A stretch of DNA of 64,000 nucleotides from Acidobacteriota bacterium (lineage in GTDB: Bacteria > Acidobacteriota > UBA890 > WLXD01), in assembly GCA_965248695.1 (NCBI GenBank), contig CBDFKD010000002.1, positions 576,001 to 640,000 of the forward strand. Direction: 5' to 3'. The notes beneath the pieces are model-generated. The model was not told the origin of the DNA. It saw only the letters and a program-made list of their open reading frames with translations, and ran no database searches. Each line of letters starts with the position of its first letter. Position 1 is the stretch's first letter. This document shows positions 9,501-19,650 of this stretch, one piece after another. The translations under genes and the position numbers were made by a program.

Positions 9501-10835
9501 TTGAGCAAGGTCGCATATGGCATCGACGAACGCCCGGCCCGATGGTGGGAGACGGCCCTCTACGGGTGGCAACACACGCTCGTCGACATCTCCCCGTTCG
9601 TTCTACCGCTGGCGGTGGCGGCGGCGATCGGAATGGACGATGGTGCCAGCGCCGCGCTGATCAACTATTCGCTGGTCGCCATGGGTCTGGCGACGCTGAT
9701 TCAGACCACCTTCGGCAACCGACTGCCGATCGTACAGGGGCCGTCGGCCACTCTCACGGGCACGCTGGCCCCGGTAGGGGCGCAACTCGGGCCAGCCGCT
9801 ATGTGGGGAGCCGCGTTCGTCGGCGCGGCGGTCGAAGCGCTCGTCGGCGGCACGCGTACGCTCGGCAGGCTCCGGCGCTTCTTCCCACCGGTGGTCTCGG
9901 GTGTGGTCGTGGTGACCATCGGACTGTCGCTCGGGCAACTGGCGGTAAGACTCAGCGTCGGCGACGGCAGCGCGGCGAACCTCGGGTTCGCGGCGGTGAC
10001 GATCCTGCTGGTGACCGTGCTACAGGTGGGAGGTCGGAGCATTGCCGGCGGGCTGATCTCGCGTGCCGCGATCTTCGTCACGATCTGGGTCGTTGGACTC
10101 GGCGGCGGCAGCTTGCTCGGTCGGGTCGACTGGAACCTGGTGGCAACCAAGCCGTGGTTCGAGATCCCCAGGGCGTTCCCGTACGGTGGACCCGGATTCG
10201 GATGGGAGTTCGGAGCCGCGGCGATCGTGGCCGTGCTGGCGGGCTACTTCGGTTCGATGGTCGAATCCATCGGCGACTACGTGGCCACCTGCTCGGTGGT
10301 GGACGAGCCGCTTACCCAACGCCACGTCGACCGCGGCATCGCCGCGGAGGGCGTTGGTTGCCTGCTGGCGCTAGCGGTAGGTGGCCTGCCGTGCACCAGC
10401 TATACGCAGAACATCGGCATCATCAAAGCCACCGGTGTGGGCAGTCGCTTCGTCGTTCGCGTCGCCGCTGTCGTCCTGTTGCTGTACGGGCTGTGTCCGA
10501 AGTTCGGCGCCCTGCTGGTGGCCTTGCCGCGGCCGGTGCTCGGTGGCGTGTTCGTGATCGTCTGCGGGCTGATCGCCACCACCGGGATCGCCATGCTGGC
10601 GGGCACCGGTGAGGATGACCGGGCGGCGCTGATCGCCGGCATCACGCTGGTCGTAGCGCTGGGGTTACCGACCTTCACGCAGTCGGTGCTCGGTCCGGCC
10701 TGGCTAGAGTCGCTACCGCAGCTGCCACGGCTGCTGGTAACCAACCCGGTTGTGCTGTCGGTTCTGCTGGCCGTTACCCTCAACGCCGGACTGGGCATGT
10801 TCAGGGAACGCGCAGATCGACAGCACTACAGCTGA
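9501..10835 (+). CDS. NCS2 (xanthine/uracil) nucleobase permease
   Basis: QH motif, RLPIVQGPS, FPPVVSG, ESIGD, YTQNIGII signature. Confidence 0.9.
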   Translation: MSKVAYGIDERPARWWETALYGWQHTLVDISPFVLPLAVAAAIGMDDGASAALINYSLVAMGLATLIQTTFGNRLPIVQGPSATLTGTLAPVGAQLGPAAMWGAAFVGAAVEALVGGTRTLGRLRRFFPPVVSGVVVVTIGLSLGQLAVRLSVGDGSAANLGFAAVTILLVTVLQVGGRSIAGGLISRAAIFVTIWVVGLGGGSLLGRVDWNLVATKPWFEIPRAFPYGGPGFGWEFGAAAIVAVLAGYFGSMVESIGDYVATCSVVDEPLTQRHVDRGIAAEGVGCLLALAVGGLPCTSYTQNIGIIKATGVGSRFVVRVAAVVLLLYGLCPKFGALLVALPRPVLGGVFVIVCGLIATTGIAMLAGTGEDDRAALIAGITLVVALGLPTFTQSVLGPAWLESLPQLPRLLVTNPVVLSVLLAVTLNAGLGMFRERADRQHYS

Positions 10836-11319
10836 CGGCATACCCCAGGGCGCGCTTGGTAACCGGAAACACGCGCGCCGCCGCCATTCCCAGTGCCAGC
10901 TCGACCAGTCCGGCCTCACCGTACAGCTCGCGGAGCCGCTCCCGATGCGGCCCCTCCGAGTCCGTGGCGGCGAGCACCGCTTGGGCGAAGGCGTAGGCCT
11001 CCCGCGCCTCATCCGGCAGGCTCTCCAGGTTGCCGTCGAGCGTTGCTCGCACGACGTCGCCCGGCACACCATCCTCGAGCGCGAGATTCACCTCGATCTG
11101 CACGCATGTTCCGCAATCTTCACGCTGGGTCGCGACCAGTCGCGCAACCCAGTAGGGCACCGCCGGTAGCAGCTTGCGGTGCTCGGCCATGGGCGTGAAC
11201 ATGCCGAACTTCAATGCCGCGGGCACCGAGGCACGAATGATGTGGCGGATGTATTCGAGTGAGGCGCCGAGCTTGCGCTCCTGGCGGGCGACACCGTGCA
11301 GCATGAGCCGCCGGATCAT
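10801..11319 (-). CDS. AhpD/carboxymuconolactone decarboxylase-like protein
   Basis: ARLVATQREDCGTC (CxxC) and LRELYGEAGLVEL helical motifs. Confidence 0.6.
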   Translation of the reverse strand: MIRRLMLHGVARQERKLGASLEYIRHIIRASVPAALKFGMFTPMAEHRKLLPAVPYWVARLVATQREDCGTCVQIEVNLALEDGVPGDVVRATLDGNLESLPDEAREAYAFAQAVLAATDSEGPHRERLRELYGEAGLVELALGMAAARVFPVTKRALGYAVSCSAVDLRVP

Positions 11320-12728
11320 GCTTCCAGCATGGGCGGAACGCCGATCGGCCGTACTGCTTGCACCGCGGCGGCCGCTGACAGCACGTGCCCTTCGCCGCCG
11401 GGGCCGGCGACGATCTGCAAGCCCACGGGCAAGCCGCTGGCGTCGAGACCTGCCGGCACGGAGGCGACCGGAAGGCCGGCGAGACTCAGCAGGAAGGTCG
11501 GTGCGATCCAGTCGACGTAGGTCTCCATCGGCTTGCCGGCGATGGACTCGGGGTAGTTCTGGTCGACCGGGAATGGAGGTATGGCCATCGTCGGCGTAAG
11601 CAGATGGTCAAAGTGGCGGAACAACTGGCGGAACTGCTCCCAGACGCGGCCGCGGACTTGCTCTGCGGCCGCGAAGTCCAGCGCCGCGGTCCCGAGACCG
11701 GCCTCGACGTTGCCACGCAAGTTGTCGCCGAACTCGTCGCGGCGGTCCAGGCGCGCGAACTGCTGCGCCACCATCCAGTATCCGCGCAGCGCCAGGAACG
11801 CCGAGCGCGCGTAGGAGAGGTCGAATTCGATCTCCTCTACATTCGCCCCGGCCGCAACCAGCGCGTCGATCGCCTCACGGCATACGCTCTCCACCTGCGG
11901 ATCGATTCCGATCGCTGCAACATCGGTGCAATAGGCCAGCCGCATCCCCTTGACCGGGCGGTCGCGGATCAGGTCGCCGAAGTCACGGTAGTCAATCGAC
12001 TCACCGACGGGAGCGAACGGGCTCGGCCCAGCAACCGCCTGCAGCGCTAACGCCAGATCCTCGGCAGTGCGCGCCATGAGCCCAGTCGCCTGCATCGTGT
12101 CCCAGGGGTAGCCACTCGGCCAGGTCGGAACAAGGCCCGGTGTCGGGCGGATTCCGACAACGCCGCAGAACGACGCCGGGATACGCAACGAGCCGCCCAG
12201 ATCGGTTCCCTCGGCAATATCGATCATGCCGGTTGCCAGGGCCGCTGCTCCGCCGCCGGTGGATCCGCCGGCCGACAGGTCTGGATTCCACGGATTGCGT
12301 GTCGCTCCGAACACATCGTTGAAGGTGTTGCCGCCGGTGGCAAACTCGGGGGTGTTGGTCTTGCCGAGGATGATGGCTCCGGCGTCGCGCAGCCGTTGCA
12401 CCACGACCGCATCGACATCGGCGACGTTGTCGGCGTATAGGGGGCTGCCGTACGTGTGGCGTAGGCCCCGCACAGGAGTGACGTCCTTGATGCCAACCGG
12501 CAGGCCGCACAGCGGCCCGGCTTCCTCACCGCTCTGAAGCCGCGCCTCGAGGTCGCGCGCCTGATCCATCGCGGTGTCCGAGAGCGTTACCACGGCGTTG
12601 AGCGTCGGGCTGAGGGCCTCGACGCGGCGCAGTGCGTCGGCAATCACCTCGACCGGAGATTGCTCACCCGCGGAGACCCTTCGAACGGTCTCGCTCGCGC
12701 TCGGCAACAGCTGCCCGTCAGCGCTCAT
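11316..12728 (-). CDS. Amidase signature family enzyme
   Basis: GLPVGIKD, GKTNTPEF, GGSTGG, GTDLGGSLRIPASFCG. Confidence 0.93.
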   Translation of the reverse strand: MSADGQLLPSASETVRRVSAGEQSPVEVIADALRRVEALSPTLNAVVTLSDTAMDQARDLEARLQSGEEAGPLCGLPVGIKDVTPVRGLRHTYGSPLYADNVADVDAVVVQRLRDAGAIILGKTNTPEFATGGNTFNDVFGATRNPWNPDLSAGGSTGGGAAALATGMIDIAEGTDLGGSLRIPASFCGVVGIRPTPGLVPTWPSGYPWDTMQATGLMARTAEDLALALQAVAGPSPFAPVGESIDYRDFGDLIRDRPVKGMRLAYCTDVAAIGIDPQVESVCREAIDALVAAGANVEEIEFDLSYARSAFLALRGYWMVAQQFARLDRRDEFGDNLRGNVEAGLGTAALDFAAAEQVRGRVWEQFRQLFRHFDHLLTPTMAIPPFPVDQNYPESIAGKPMETYVDWIAPTFLLSLAGLPVASVPAGLDASGLPVGLQIVAGPGGEGHVLSAAAAVQAVRPIGVPPMLEA

Positions 12729-12753
12729 CCCGATCCTCCGGACAACCCGGTAT

Positions 12754-13542
12754 CTACTCCTCGACGAACGCCACGACGCGGCAGAACGCCGCCTCGCCGC
12801 CGCGGAACTTCCACGGGAAACAACCCAGCGTCAGGCGGCGGTCGTGGAGATCCGGGTTGTTTATGTCGCCGCCGAGATTCTCGATGTGCATGCAGTTGGA
12901 TGGGAACAGCGCGTTGTGGGTCAGCTGGTAGTCGGATTCCGGGAACAGCTCGGCTACCCCTTCGGGGCCGCCGAACTTGTCCTCGCAGGCCTTCCGTACG
13001 CGGTCGCAGTGATTGAACATTCCCTTGCCGAGGAACCGCCCGATCGGAAGGTTCATCGGATGGTCGGTGGACACTGCATCCAGACCCCAGATATGGATCT
13101 TCTTGTCCAGCAGCCACGGCACGAGGTCTGGGTGGGCGCCCGGGTGACGATGGATGTACTTCTCCTCGTCGGGCTCGGACCCGAACTGGGCGTGCTTCTC
13201 CCAGCCGGTGTGCAGCAGCAGCATGTCGCCCTCATGCACCTCGACGTGAGCCTCGATCATCTCGGGCGTGTAGACGTCGAGCTCGTCGAGCTCGTCGGCC
13301 AAGTTGACGATCACCCCGGGGCCGTAGAGCCAGTCCATCGGGATCTCGTCGATCGTCATGCCGCCGGTGACGAAGTGGCGCGGCGCATCCAGGTGCGTGC
13401 CCATGTGGTTGGAGGTCTGGATGTACTGCGCGTTCACGCCGTGCTCGGCCTTGCGCTTGATGTATTTGACCTCGAACGGCGGGTAATACGGCCAGAACGA
13501 GACCTCCTGGTTCAGCGGCTGCGAGAGGTCGTAGGGCTTCAT
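12754..13542 (-). CDS. Cyclase family metal-dependent amidohydrolase (kynurenine formamidase/isatin hydrolase-like)
   Basis: HMGTHLDAPRH, LLHTGW, HPG, STDH, HIENL motifs. Confidence 0.88.
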   Translation of the reverse strand: MKPYDLSQPLNQEVSFWPYYPPFEVKYIKRKAEHGVNAQYIQTSNHMGTHLDAPRHFVTGGMTIDEIPMDWLYGPGVIVNLADELDELDVYTPEMIEAHVEVHEGDMLLLHTGWEKHAQFGSEPDEEKYIHRHPGAHPDLVPWLLDKKIHIWGLDAVSTDHPMNLPIGRFLGKGMFNHCDRVRKACEDKFGGPEGVAELFPESDYQLTHNALFPSNCMHIENLGGDINNPDLHDRRLTLGCFPWKFRGGEAAFCRVVAFVEE

Positions 13543-13585
13543 CTTTTCTCCGTTTCGTTGCGTCCGGCGAGGATCGTAACAGGAG

Positions 13586-15100
13586 CTATGGCTGACCGTC
13601 GGGCGGCGGCGCGGTCACCTGGGACCCGGACTTCGGCCGCATCAGCGCCCAGTGGACCGCAAAGCTCACGATCGTGGCGGAAAACCAGGCGCTGTCGAAA
13701 AGGAACGATGCCGCCGGAGCCAGCTTGCCCAGCAGCGCCGTGCCGACGCCGGCACCCAGAGCCACCATGGCATGGCCGTTGACGCCGTTGCCGTACGTGT
13801 ACTCGCCGCACTCAGCATACAGATCCTCGACCCGAAGCCGCAGCCGTCGAACCACGAGATAGTCGCAGGCGATCACGCCACCCACGGCGCCCAGCAGACC
13901 GGAGTAGCTGATGAGCCATCCCTGGTACTGATCGAGCAACTGCCACGGCATGCTGACCACGGCCAGCAACCCGGCGATCAGACCGCCGGTACGGAAGCTG
14001 ATCCGGCGTGGTGCCAGCGCCGAGAAGCTGTTCGCCGGCGCCACGACGTTGGCAGCGATGTTGGTGCTCAGCGTGGCGAGCATCAACACAGCCATCGCCA
14101 GCAGGCCGAGCAGCGGGCTGTCGTACTCGCTCGTGAGCCGTGCCAGCAGATCGACCGGGTTCCAGATCGCCTCGCCGTAGAGGATTACCGTGGCACTGGT
14201 CACGGCGACGCCGATAAAGGCGAAGAGCGGCATGGTGGTCAATAACCCGATTGCCTGCCCCGAGATCTGGTCGCGCTGGCTGCGGGCGTAGCGCGTGAAG
14301 TCGGGGATATTCAACGACAGGGTCGCCCAGTAGCCCACCATCGCGGTAAGCCACGGCATGAAGAAGCCGAAGAACCAGCGCAACGGTGGCTGGGCTTCGG
14401 CGTCGGACACCAGCGCATCGGTGCGTGCCAGGATCGCGCCGATGCCGCCGACGCGTGACGCCGCCCAGTACAGCAAGGACACACCGACGACGATGAGAAA
14501 CGGCGCGGTCACCGTCTCGAGCCAACGGATCGACTCCGTCCCCGCGTAGACGAAGTACATGTTGAGCGCCCAGAAGAGCAGGAAGGAGATGTACGCCGGC
14601 GCGCCGTATCCCATGAACGCGAAGCCGCCCCCGACCTGCGCCCAGCCGTCCCACAGGATCGTCATGATGGCATTGATCGCGGTGCCACCGATCCAGGTTT
14701 GAATGCCGAACCAGCCGCAGGCGACCACGGCGCGTAGCAGCGATGGCACATGCGCTCCGCGGACGCCGAACGCAGCTCGCGCGAAAGCAGGGAACGGGAT
14801 GCCGTAACGGGTGCCTGCATGGCCGTTCAGGGCCAGGGGGACGAGCACGATCGCGTTTCCCAGCAGGATCGTGAACAGCGCCAGCCGCCACCCCATGCCA
14901 GCTTGCACCATGCTCGACGCCAGCATGTAGGTGGGAATGCAAACACTCATACCGACCCACAGGGCGGCCAGGTTCCAGCGGCTCCAGGTACGGGCGGACA
15001 ACGGGGTCGGAGCGATGTCGGCGTTGAGCAGGTTGGAGGCGGGGAGCGCCGCGGTCAGCTCGACCGGCGGCTCGTCGAGCAACGCTCGCCACCGACTCAC
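13586..15100 (-). CDS. NCS1 nucleobase:cation symporter (allantoin/cytosine/uracil permease family)
   Basis: LWVGMSVCIPTY, GTRYGIPFP, CGWFGIQTWIGG, WATLSLNIPDFTRY. Confidence 0.92.
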   Translation of the reverse strand: MSRWRALLDEPPVELTAALPASNLLNADIAPTPLSARTWSRWNLAALWVGMSVCIPTYMLASSMVQAGMGWRLALFTILLGNAIVLVPLALNGHAGTRYGIPFPAFARAAFGVRGAHVPSLLRAVVACGWFGIQTWIGGTAINAIMTILWDGWAQVGGGFAFMGYGAPAYISFLLFWALNMYFVYAGTESIRWLETVTAPFLIVVGVSLLYWAASRVGGIGAILARTDALVSDAEAQPPLRWFFGFFMPWLTAMVGYWATLSLNIPDFTRYARSQRDQISGQAIGLLTTMPLFAFIGVAVTSATVILYGEAIWNPVDLLARLTSEYDSPLLGLLAMAVLMLATLSTNIAANVVAPANSFSALAPRRISFRTGGLIAGLLAVVSMPWQLLDQYQGWLISYSGLLGAVGGVIACDYLVVRRLRLRVEDLYAECGEYTYGNGVNGHAMVALGAGVGTALLGKLAPAASFLFDSAWFSATIVSFAVHWALMRPKSGSQVTAPPPDGQP

Positions 15101-15990
15101 GCAGGCTCTCCGGCCTGGCGGGCTCGTTCTCCGGCACGCGAAACGACCCGCCGCACCATGACACCGGCCAGATGACGCCGGAACTCCACGCTGGCATGCA
15201 GATCGGCCGGCGGATCGATGTCGGCCTGTGCCGCCATCTCGGCGGCCGCGGCGACTCGTTCGTCCGACAGCTCACCGCCGATCAGCGCCTCGGCGGCGGT
15301 CGCGGCGAGCACTGGCCCCTCGCCGACGGAAAGCAAACCGATCCGCGCATCGGTGCAGCAGCCAGCGTCGTCCACCGTCACCGCAGCAGCCACGCCGACG
15401 AGCGCGTAGTCGCCGTGCCGTCGTGCAACCTCGTCGAACGCCCAGCCCGTCCGCGGGGTCGGTGCCGGCAGCGCGATCTCGGTCAGCACCTCTCCCGGCT
15501 CCAGCGCGGTGGTCAGCAAGCCGAAGAAAAAATCGCTCACATCGATCGTGCGCTCGCCGCCGTCGTGACTACGAGCGCGAAGCTTAGCGTCGAGCACCAG
15601 CGCTACGGCGGGTAACTCGCTGGCCGGATCAGCGTGCGCGATGCTGCCACCGAAGGTTCCCCGATTGCGGATCTGCGGATGTGCGATATGCGGCATCGTC
15701 TGGTGTACGAGCGGCGCGCGCTCGGCCACCAGCGGGTGTGTCTCGACCACGGCCTGGCGTGTCATGGCACCGATGTGCAATCCGCCGTCGTCGGCCGCCT
15801 CGACGTAGGCAAGGTCGCTGAGCCGGTTCAGATCGACGAGGATCGCCGGCTGTGCCAGCCGGAAGTTCATCGCCGGGATGAGGCTCTGGCCCCCGGCCAG
15901 CACCGTCGCCTCCCAGGGATCCTCGGCGAGGATCTCGAGCGCCTCGTCGAGCGTCTCTGGTGCGTGATAGCGGAAGGCCGCAGGCTTCAC
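15097..15990 (-). CDS. Molybdenum hydroxylase FAD-binding (medium) subunit, CoxM-like
   Basis: GTG start after GAGGGG; KPAAFRYHAP, AGGQSL, IRNRGTFGGSIAHADPA. Confidence 0.9.
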   Translation of the reverse strand: MKPAAFRYHAPETLDEALEILAEDPWEATVLAGGQSLIPAMNFRLAQPAILVDLNRLSDLAYVEAADDGGLHIGAMTRQAVVETHPLVAERAPLVHQTMPHIAHPQIRNRGTFGGSIAHADPASELPAVALVLDAKLRARSHDGGERTIDVSDFFFGLLTTALEPGEVLTEIALPAPTPRTGWAFDEVARRHGDYALVGVAAAVTVDDAGCCTDARIGLLSVGEGPVLAATAAEALIGGELSDERVAAAAEMAAQADIDPPADLHASVEFRRHLAGVMVRRVVSRAGERARQAGEPA

Positions 15991-16045
15991 CGTGCCCCCT
16001 CGACCCACCCGGGCATCGTCGGCGTCGCGCTTGCCAGCCCGGTTG

Positions 16046-18394
16046 TCATGACTTGCCACCACGGGCGTCGCGCACCAGCTCGAAGAGTCGATTGGGGCTG
16101 AGCGGAATCTCACGGATCTCCAGGCCGTCGATGCCCAGAGCGTCCTCGACCGCCTGCGCGAACGCCGCCGCGGTGGGAATGCAGCCGGCTTCTCCGGCGC
16201 CCTTGACGCCCAGCGGGGTGTCGGTGGCGGGCGTCTCGAAATGGTCGATCCGTACCCGAGGTACGTCCATGGAGGTCGGCAGCAGGTAGTCCATGAACGA
16301 CGCGTTCAGCAGCTGTCCGTTGTCGTCCACCACCAGCTGCTCGTAGAAAGCATTGCCAATCCCCTGTGCCACGCCGCCCTGGATCTGGCCATCCAGAATC
16401 ATCGGGTTAATGACGCGCCCGCAGTCGTGGACCACCACGTAGTCGATGACATCGACGGCGAACGTCTCCGGATCGACCTCCACCCGCATGGCGTGGACGC
16501 CGCTCCCGGTGGCGCCCCGGCTGGGGCCGAAATAGGCCGTCGCCTCGAGGCCAGGCTCGGTGCCCGGGGCGACGGCGCCACGCAGCGGGTTCGAGGCCGA
16601 CGCCAGCTCGCCCAAAGAGATTCGGCGCTCCGGGTCACCGTCGACGCGGACCTCACCGTCGCCCAAGACGAGACTCTCTTCCTCGGCATCCAACAACTCG
16701 CCCGCAAGGCTCAGAATCTTGGCACGCACCAGGGCCGCCGACGCGTGGCAGGCGTTTCCGGCAACAACCGCCCCACGGCTCGCGAAGGTGCCGGTGCCCC
16801 AGTTGAACTCACGCGTATCGCCGGTGACCACCGTGACGTCGGCGACCTCGACGCCTACCTGATCGGCGACGATCTGCGCCAGCGACGTGTGGTGCCCCTG
16901 CCCTTGCGTGCCAACGCCGGTGGCCACGTGCACCTTGCCGCTGGGCTCGATGGATACGCGTGCGCCTTCGTAAGGGCCGATTCCGGTTCCCTCGACGTAG
17001 GAGACGACGCCGATGCCGACGTGCCGACCGGCCACGCGAAGACGCTGCCGCTCGCCGTTCTCGAACTCGCGGTAGCCGATCATCTCCACGGCACGGTCGA
17101 GCGCCGGCTCGTAATTGCCGCTGTCGTAGGTCAGCGACGAGAAGTCCTGGTAAACAATGCCGTGGTCGTGCGGAAAGTCGTCCGGCTGCAGGTAGTTTCG
17201 CCGCCGGATCTCGACACGGTCCATACCGAGCTCGGCAGCAGCGATGTCGAGCAGACGCTCCATCACGAACACACCGTGCTGGCGACCGGCGCCCCGCACC
17301 GGAGTCACGATCGGTCGGTTGGTGAACACGACACGGAACTCCGAGTGGTAGTTGGGCACGTCGTAGCACCCGAGCAAGGTGCACTGACTGTTGATCGGAA
17401 TGGTCAGCCCGTAGGGGTCATAGGCGCCGGTGTCGTGCACGAACTCATCGCGCACACCGAGAATGCGCCCGTCAGCGCTGAGCGCCATCTCCGCCTCGTG
17501 AACCTGGGCGCGCTCCTGGGTGGTGGCGAAGAAGTTCTCGCTACGATCCTCTATCCATTTCACCGGACGACCGAGCTGCATCGATATCCAGGGGACGAGC
17601 ACCTCCTCCGGGTAGAACATCATGATCTTCGGTCCGAAAGCCCCGCCGATGAATGGCGCCACCACATCGACCTCGCGCTCCGCCAGGCCCAGCAATGAGG
17701 CCAGCCCGTTGCGGATCGGAATCGGCGCCTGGGTCGTGTCCCAGATCATCATCTTGTGGGCGCGCGCGTCCCAGCTCGCCACCACGCCGCGATTCTCGAT
17801 GGCGGCCGCAGCGCCACGGTCGTAGTCGAAGCGACGCTGAACGAGCAGATCGGCGGACTCGCGCACGGCGGCGTAGTCGCCCTTGGTCTGCACGCAGTGC
17901 GCCGCCAGGTTCGACCCCAGATCCTCGTGCACGATCGTCGGCTCGCCGCGCAACGAGGCCTCGAGATCGACGACCGCCGGTAGCGGGTCGAGGTCGACAG
18001 CGATGTCAGGCAGCGCATCTTCAGCCAGGTAGCGACTCTCGGCCACCACCACCGCGATCGGCTCGCCCGCATACAGCACCTTGTCGCGCACCAGTGGTAC
18101 CTGGGTGCGCTCGTTGAAGATCAGCCCTTCGATCGGCGGCGGTCCCACCAGCAGCGGTCCGTGCTGCCAGTAGTCTCCGAGGTCGACGGCGGCGTAGGCG
18201 GCCACCACCCCCGGCCGCTCCCGTGCGCGCGACAGGTCCACCCCGTTGAGGCGAGCGTGGGCGTAGTCGCTGCGCACGAACGCGACGTGCAACATCCCGG
18301 GCGAATCGACGTCGTCGATGAACTGCGCCGTGCCCTTCAGCAGGGTGGCGTCCTCGTTGCGCGGCAGCCGCTGCCCGAAGAACCTACCGCTCAA
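16046..18394 (-). CDS. Molybdenum hydroxylase molybdopterin-binding (large) subunit, CoxL-like
   Basis: GGAFGPK, active-site loop PVRGAGR, QGQGH, QIQGGVAQGIG, KGAGEAG. Confidence 0.92.
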   Translation of the reverse strand: MSGRFFGQRLPRNEDATLLKGTAQFIDDVDSPGMLHVAFVRSDYAHARLNGVDLSRARERPGVVAAYAAVDLGDYWQHGPLLVGPPPIEGLIFNERTQVPLVRDKVLYAGEPIAVVVAESRYLAEDALPDIAVDLDPLPAVVDLEASLRGEPTIVHEDLGSNLAAHCVQTKGDYAAVRESADLLVQRRFDYDRGAAAAIENRGVVASWDARAHKMMIWDTTQAPIPIRNGLASLLGLAEREVDVVAPFIGGAFGPKIMMFYPEEVLVPWISMQLGRPVKWIEDRSENFFATTQERAQVHEAEMALSADGRILGVRDEFVHDTGAYDPYGLTIPINSQCTLLGCYDVPNYHSEFRVVFTNRPIVTPVRGAGRQHGVFVMERLLDIAAAELGMDRVEIRRRNYLQPDDFPHDHGIVYQDFSSLTYDSGNYEPALDRAVEMIGYREFENGERQRLRVAGRHVGIGVVSYVEGTGIGPYEGARVSIEPSGKVHVATGVGTQGQGHHTSLAQIVADQVGVEVADVTVVTGDTREFNWGTGTFASRGAVVAGNACHASAALVRAKILSLAGELLDAEEESLVLGDGEVRVDGDPERRISLGELASASNPLRGAVAPGTEPGLEATAYFGPSRGATGSGVHAMRVEVDPETFAVDVIDYVVVHDCGRVINPMILDGQIQGGVAQGIGNAFYEQLVVDDNGQLLNASFMDYLLPTSMDVPRVRIDHFETPATDTPLGVKGAGEAGCIPTAAAFAQAVEDALGIDGLEIREIPLSPNRLFELVRDARGGKS

Positions 18395-18909
18395 GCCTCG
18401 GGCTCCGCGTCAGCATGTATGCGGCGCGCCGCCAGCGCCACCGCATCGACGATGTGCTGGTATCCGGTGCAGCGACACAAGTTCCCCGACATCGCCTCCC
18501 GGATCGCCTCCTCGGAGGGTTGCGCCTGACCTTCGACAAACGGTACCAGCGTCATCAGAAAGCCCGGGGTGCAGAACCCGCACTGAAGCGCATGCGTGTC
18601 GCGGAACGCCTCCTGCAGCGGATGCAGCGTCGCACCGGCACCCGGCGCCAGTGCTTCTACAGTGCGGATCTCGAGCCCCTCGGCCTGGACCGCGAACATC
18701 AGGCAGGACCGCACCGGAGCGCCATCAACGAGCACCGTGCAGGCACCGCAGACGCCGTGCTCACAGCCGACGTGCGTGCCAGTCAGCCCCAGATCGGCAC
18801 GGATGAAGTCCGACAGCAACAGCCGCGGCTCCACGGCGCCTGTTACCTCGCGGCCGTTCACCTGCAGCCGGATGTCAACGGTCTGGGGGCTGAATCCTGC
18901 TTCGCTCAC
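18391..18909 (-). CDS. Molybdenum hydroxylase 2x[2Fe-2S] (small) subunit, CoxS-like
   Basis: GCEHGVCGAC, QCGFCTPG, NLCRCTGY. Confidence 0.93.
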   Translation of the reverse strand: MSEAGFSPQTVDIRLQVNGREVTGAVEPRLLLSDFIRADLGLTGTHVGCEHGVCGACTVLVDGAPVRSCLMFAVQAEGLEIRTVEALAPGAGATLHPLQEAFRDTHALQCGFCTPGFLMTLVPFVEGQAQPSEEAIREAMSGNLCRCTGYQHIVDAVALAARRIHADAEPEA

Positions 18910-18922
18910 GGCCGCCTACTGG

Positions 18923-19650
18923 TTACTCCTCGAACACGACCTCGGCGACCAGGCCGTCCACGAAGATCACGGTCATCGCATCGCGGCCGACATATTGCCA
19001 CTCCTGCGTCTGACCCTCCGCGGTGAGCCGTCTGCGCTTGCTAGCCGGCTCGCCGAACGCATACAGCAACATGTCGGGCGCCATCCCGATCTCCAGCGTC
19101 TTGGAATCGAGCTTCGCGATGAGCTCAGCTGTCCATTCTGGATGCTGTCCCGCTAGTTCGGTAATCCGGCCGAAAGAGAACGCCTCCATCAGCAACGTCT
19201 CGAACTTCGGTATGGCATCGGCAGCCGGCCACTTCTTATAGTCCTTGCCCATGTCGATGATGACATCAGCACCGAAAGGCTCGGTTTCGAACTCGACCCG
19301 GATCTCGTCACCGACGTAGTGGAGCTTCTTGATGTAGACCACCGTTCCTGCCGGAGCACCTGCACTTCTGAGGTGCGCCCGCCGAGGATGTTGGTGAAGT
19401 GGTCTTGCATGTCCTCGATCGTGAACGTCTTCACCGTGCCTGTTTGATAGTAGATGCCCTCGTCAGACACATGGATGATCTTGCTATTCCTCGAGATCAG
19501 GCTGTGCTTGACGCGAGGTACCGGCACCCTCAGGGTGCCTTCCCTCCCCTTGTATACGCCGTCGAGAGTTCCCTTCCACGACTGGGCGTTCACCGCACCC
19601 GCTAGCGCCAGTGTACCAATCAGAAGAATCCGGGCCGTACCGAGGAGCAC
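18923..19650 (-). pseudogene. Frameshifted gene for a secreted protein with a C-terminal BamE/SmpA-like motif (pseudogene or sequencing error)
   Basis: ORFs 19189-19650 (signal peptide) and 18923-19342 join into one frame (..EVQVLPAGTVVYIKK..) if one C is added near 19352. C-terminus IGMAPDMLLYAFGEP..QEWQY..VIFVDGLV. Confidence 0.65.

Noticed and set aside
16046-18394. Aerobic CO dehydrogenase (form I CoxL)
   Set aside because: Loop is PVRGAGR, not AYRCSFR; gene order is S-L-M and the context is nucleobase permeases.
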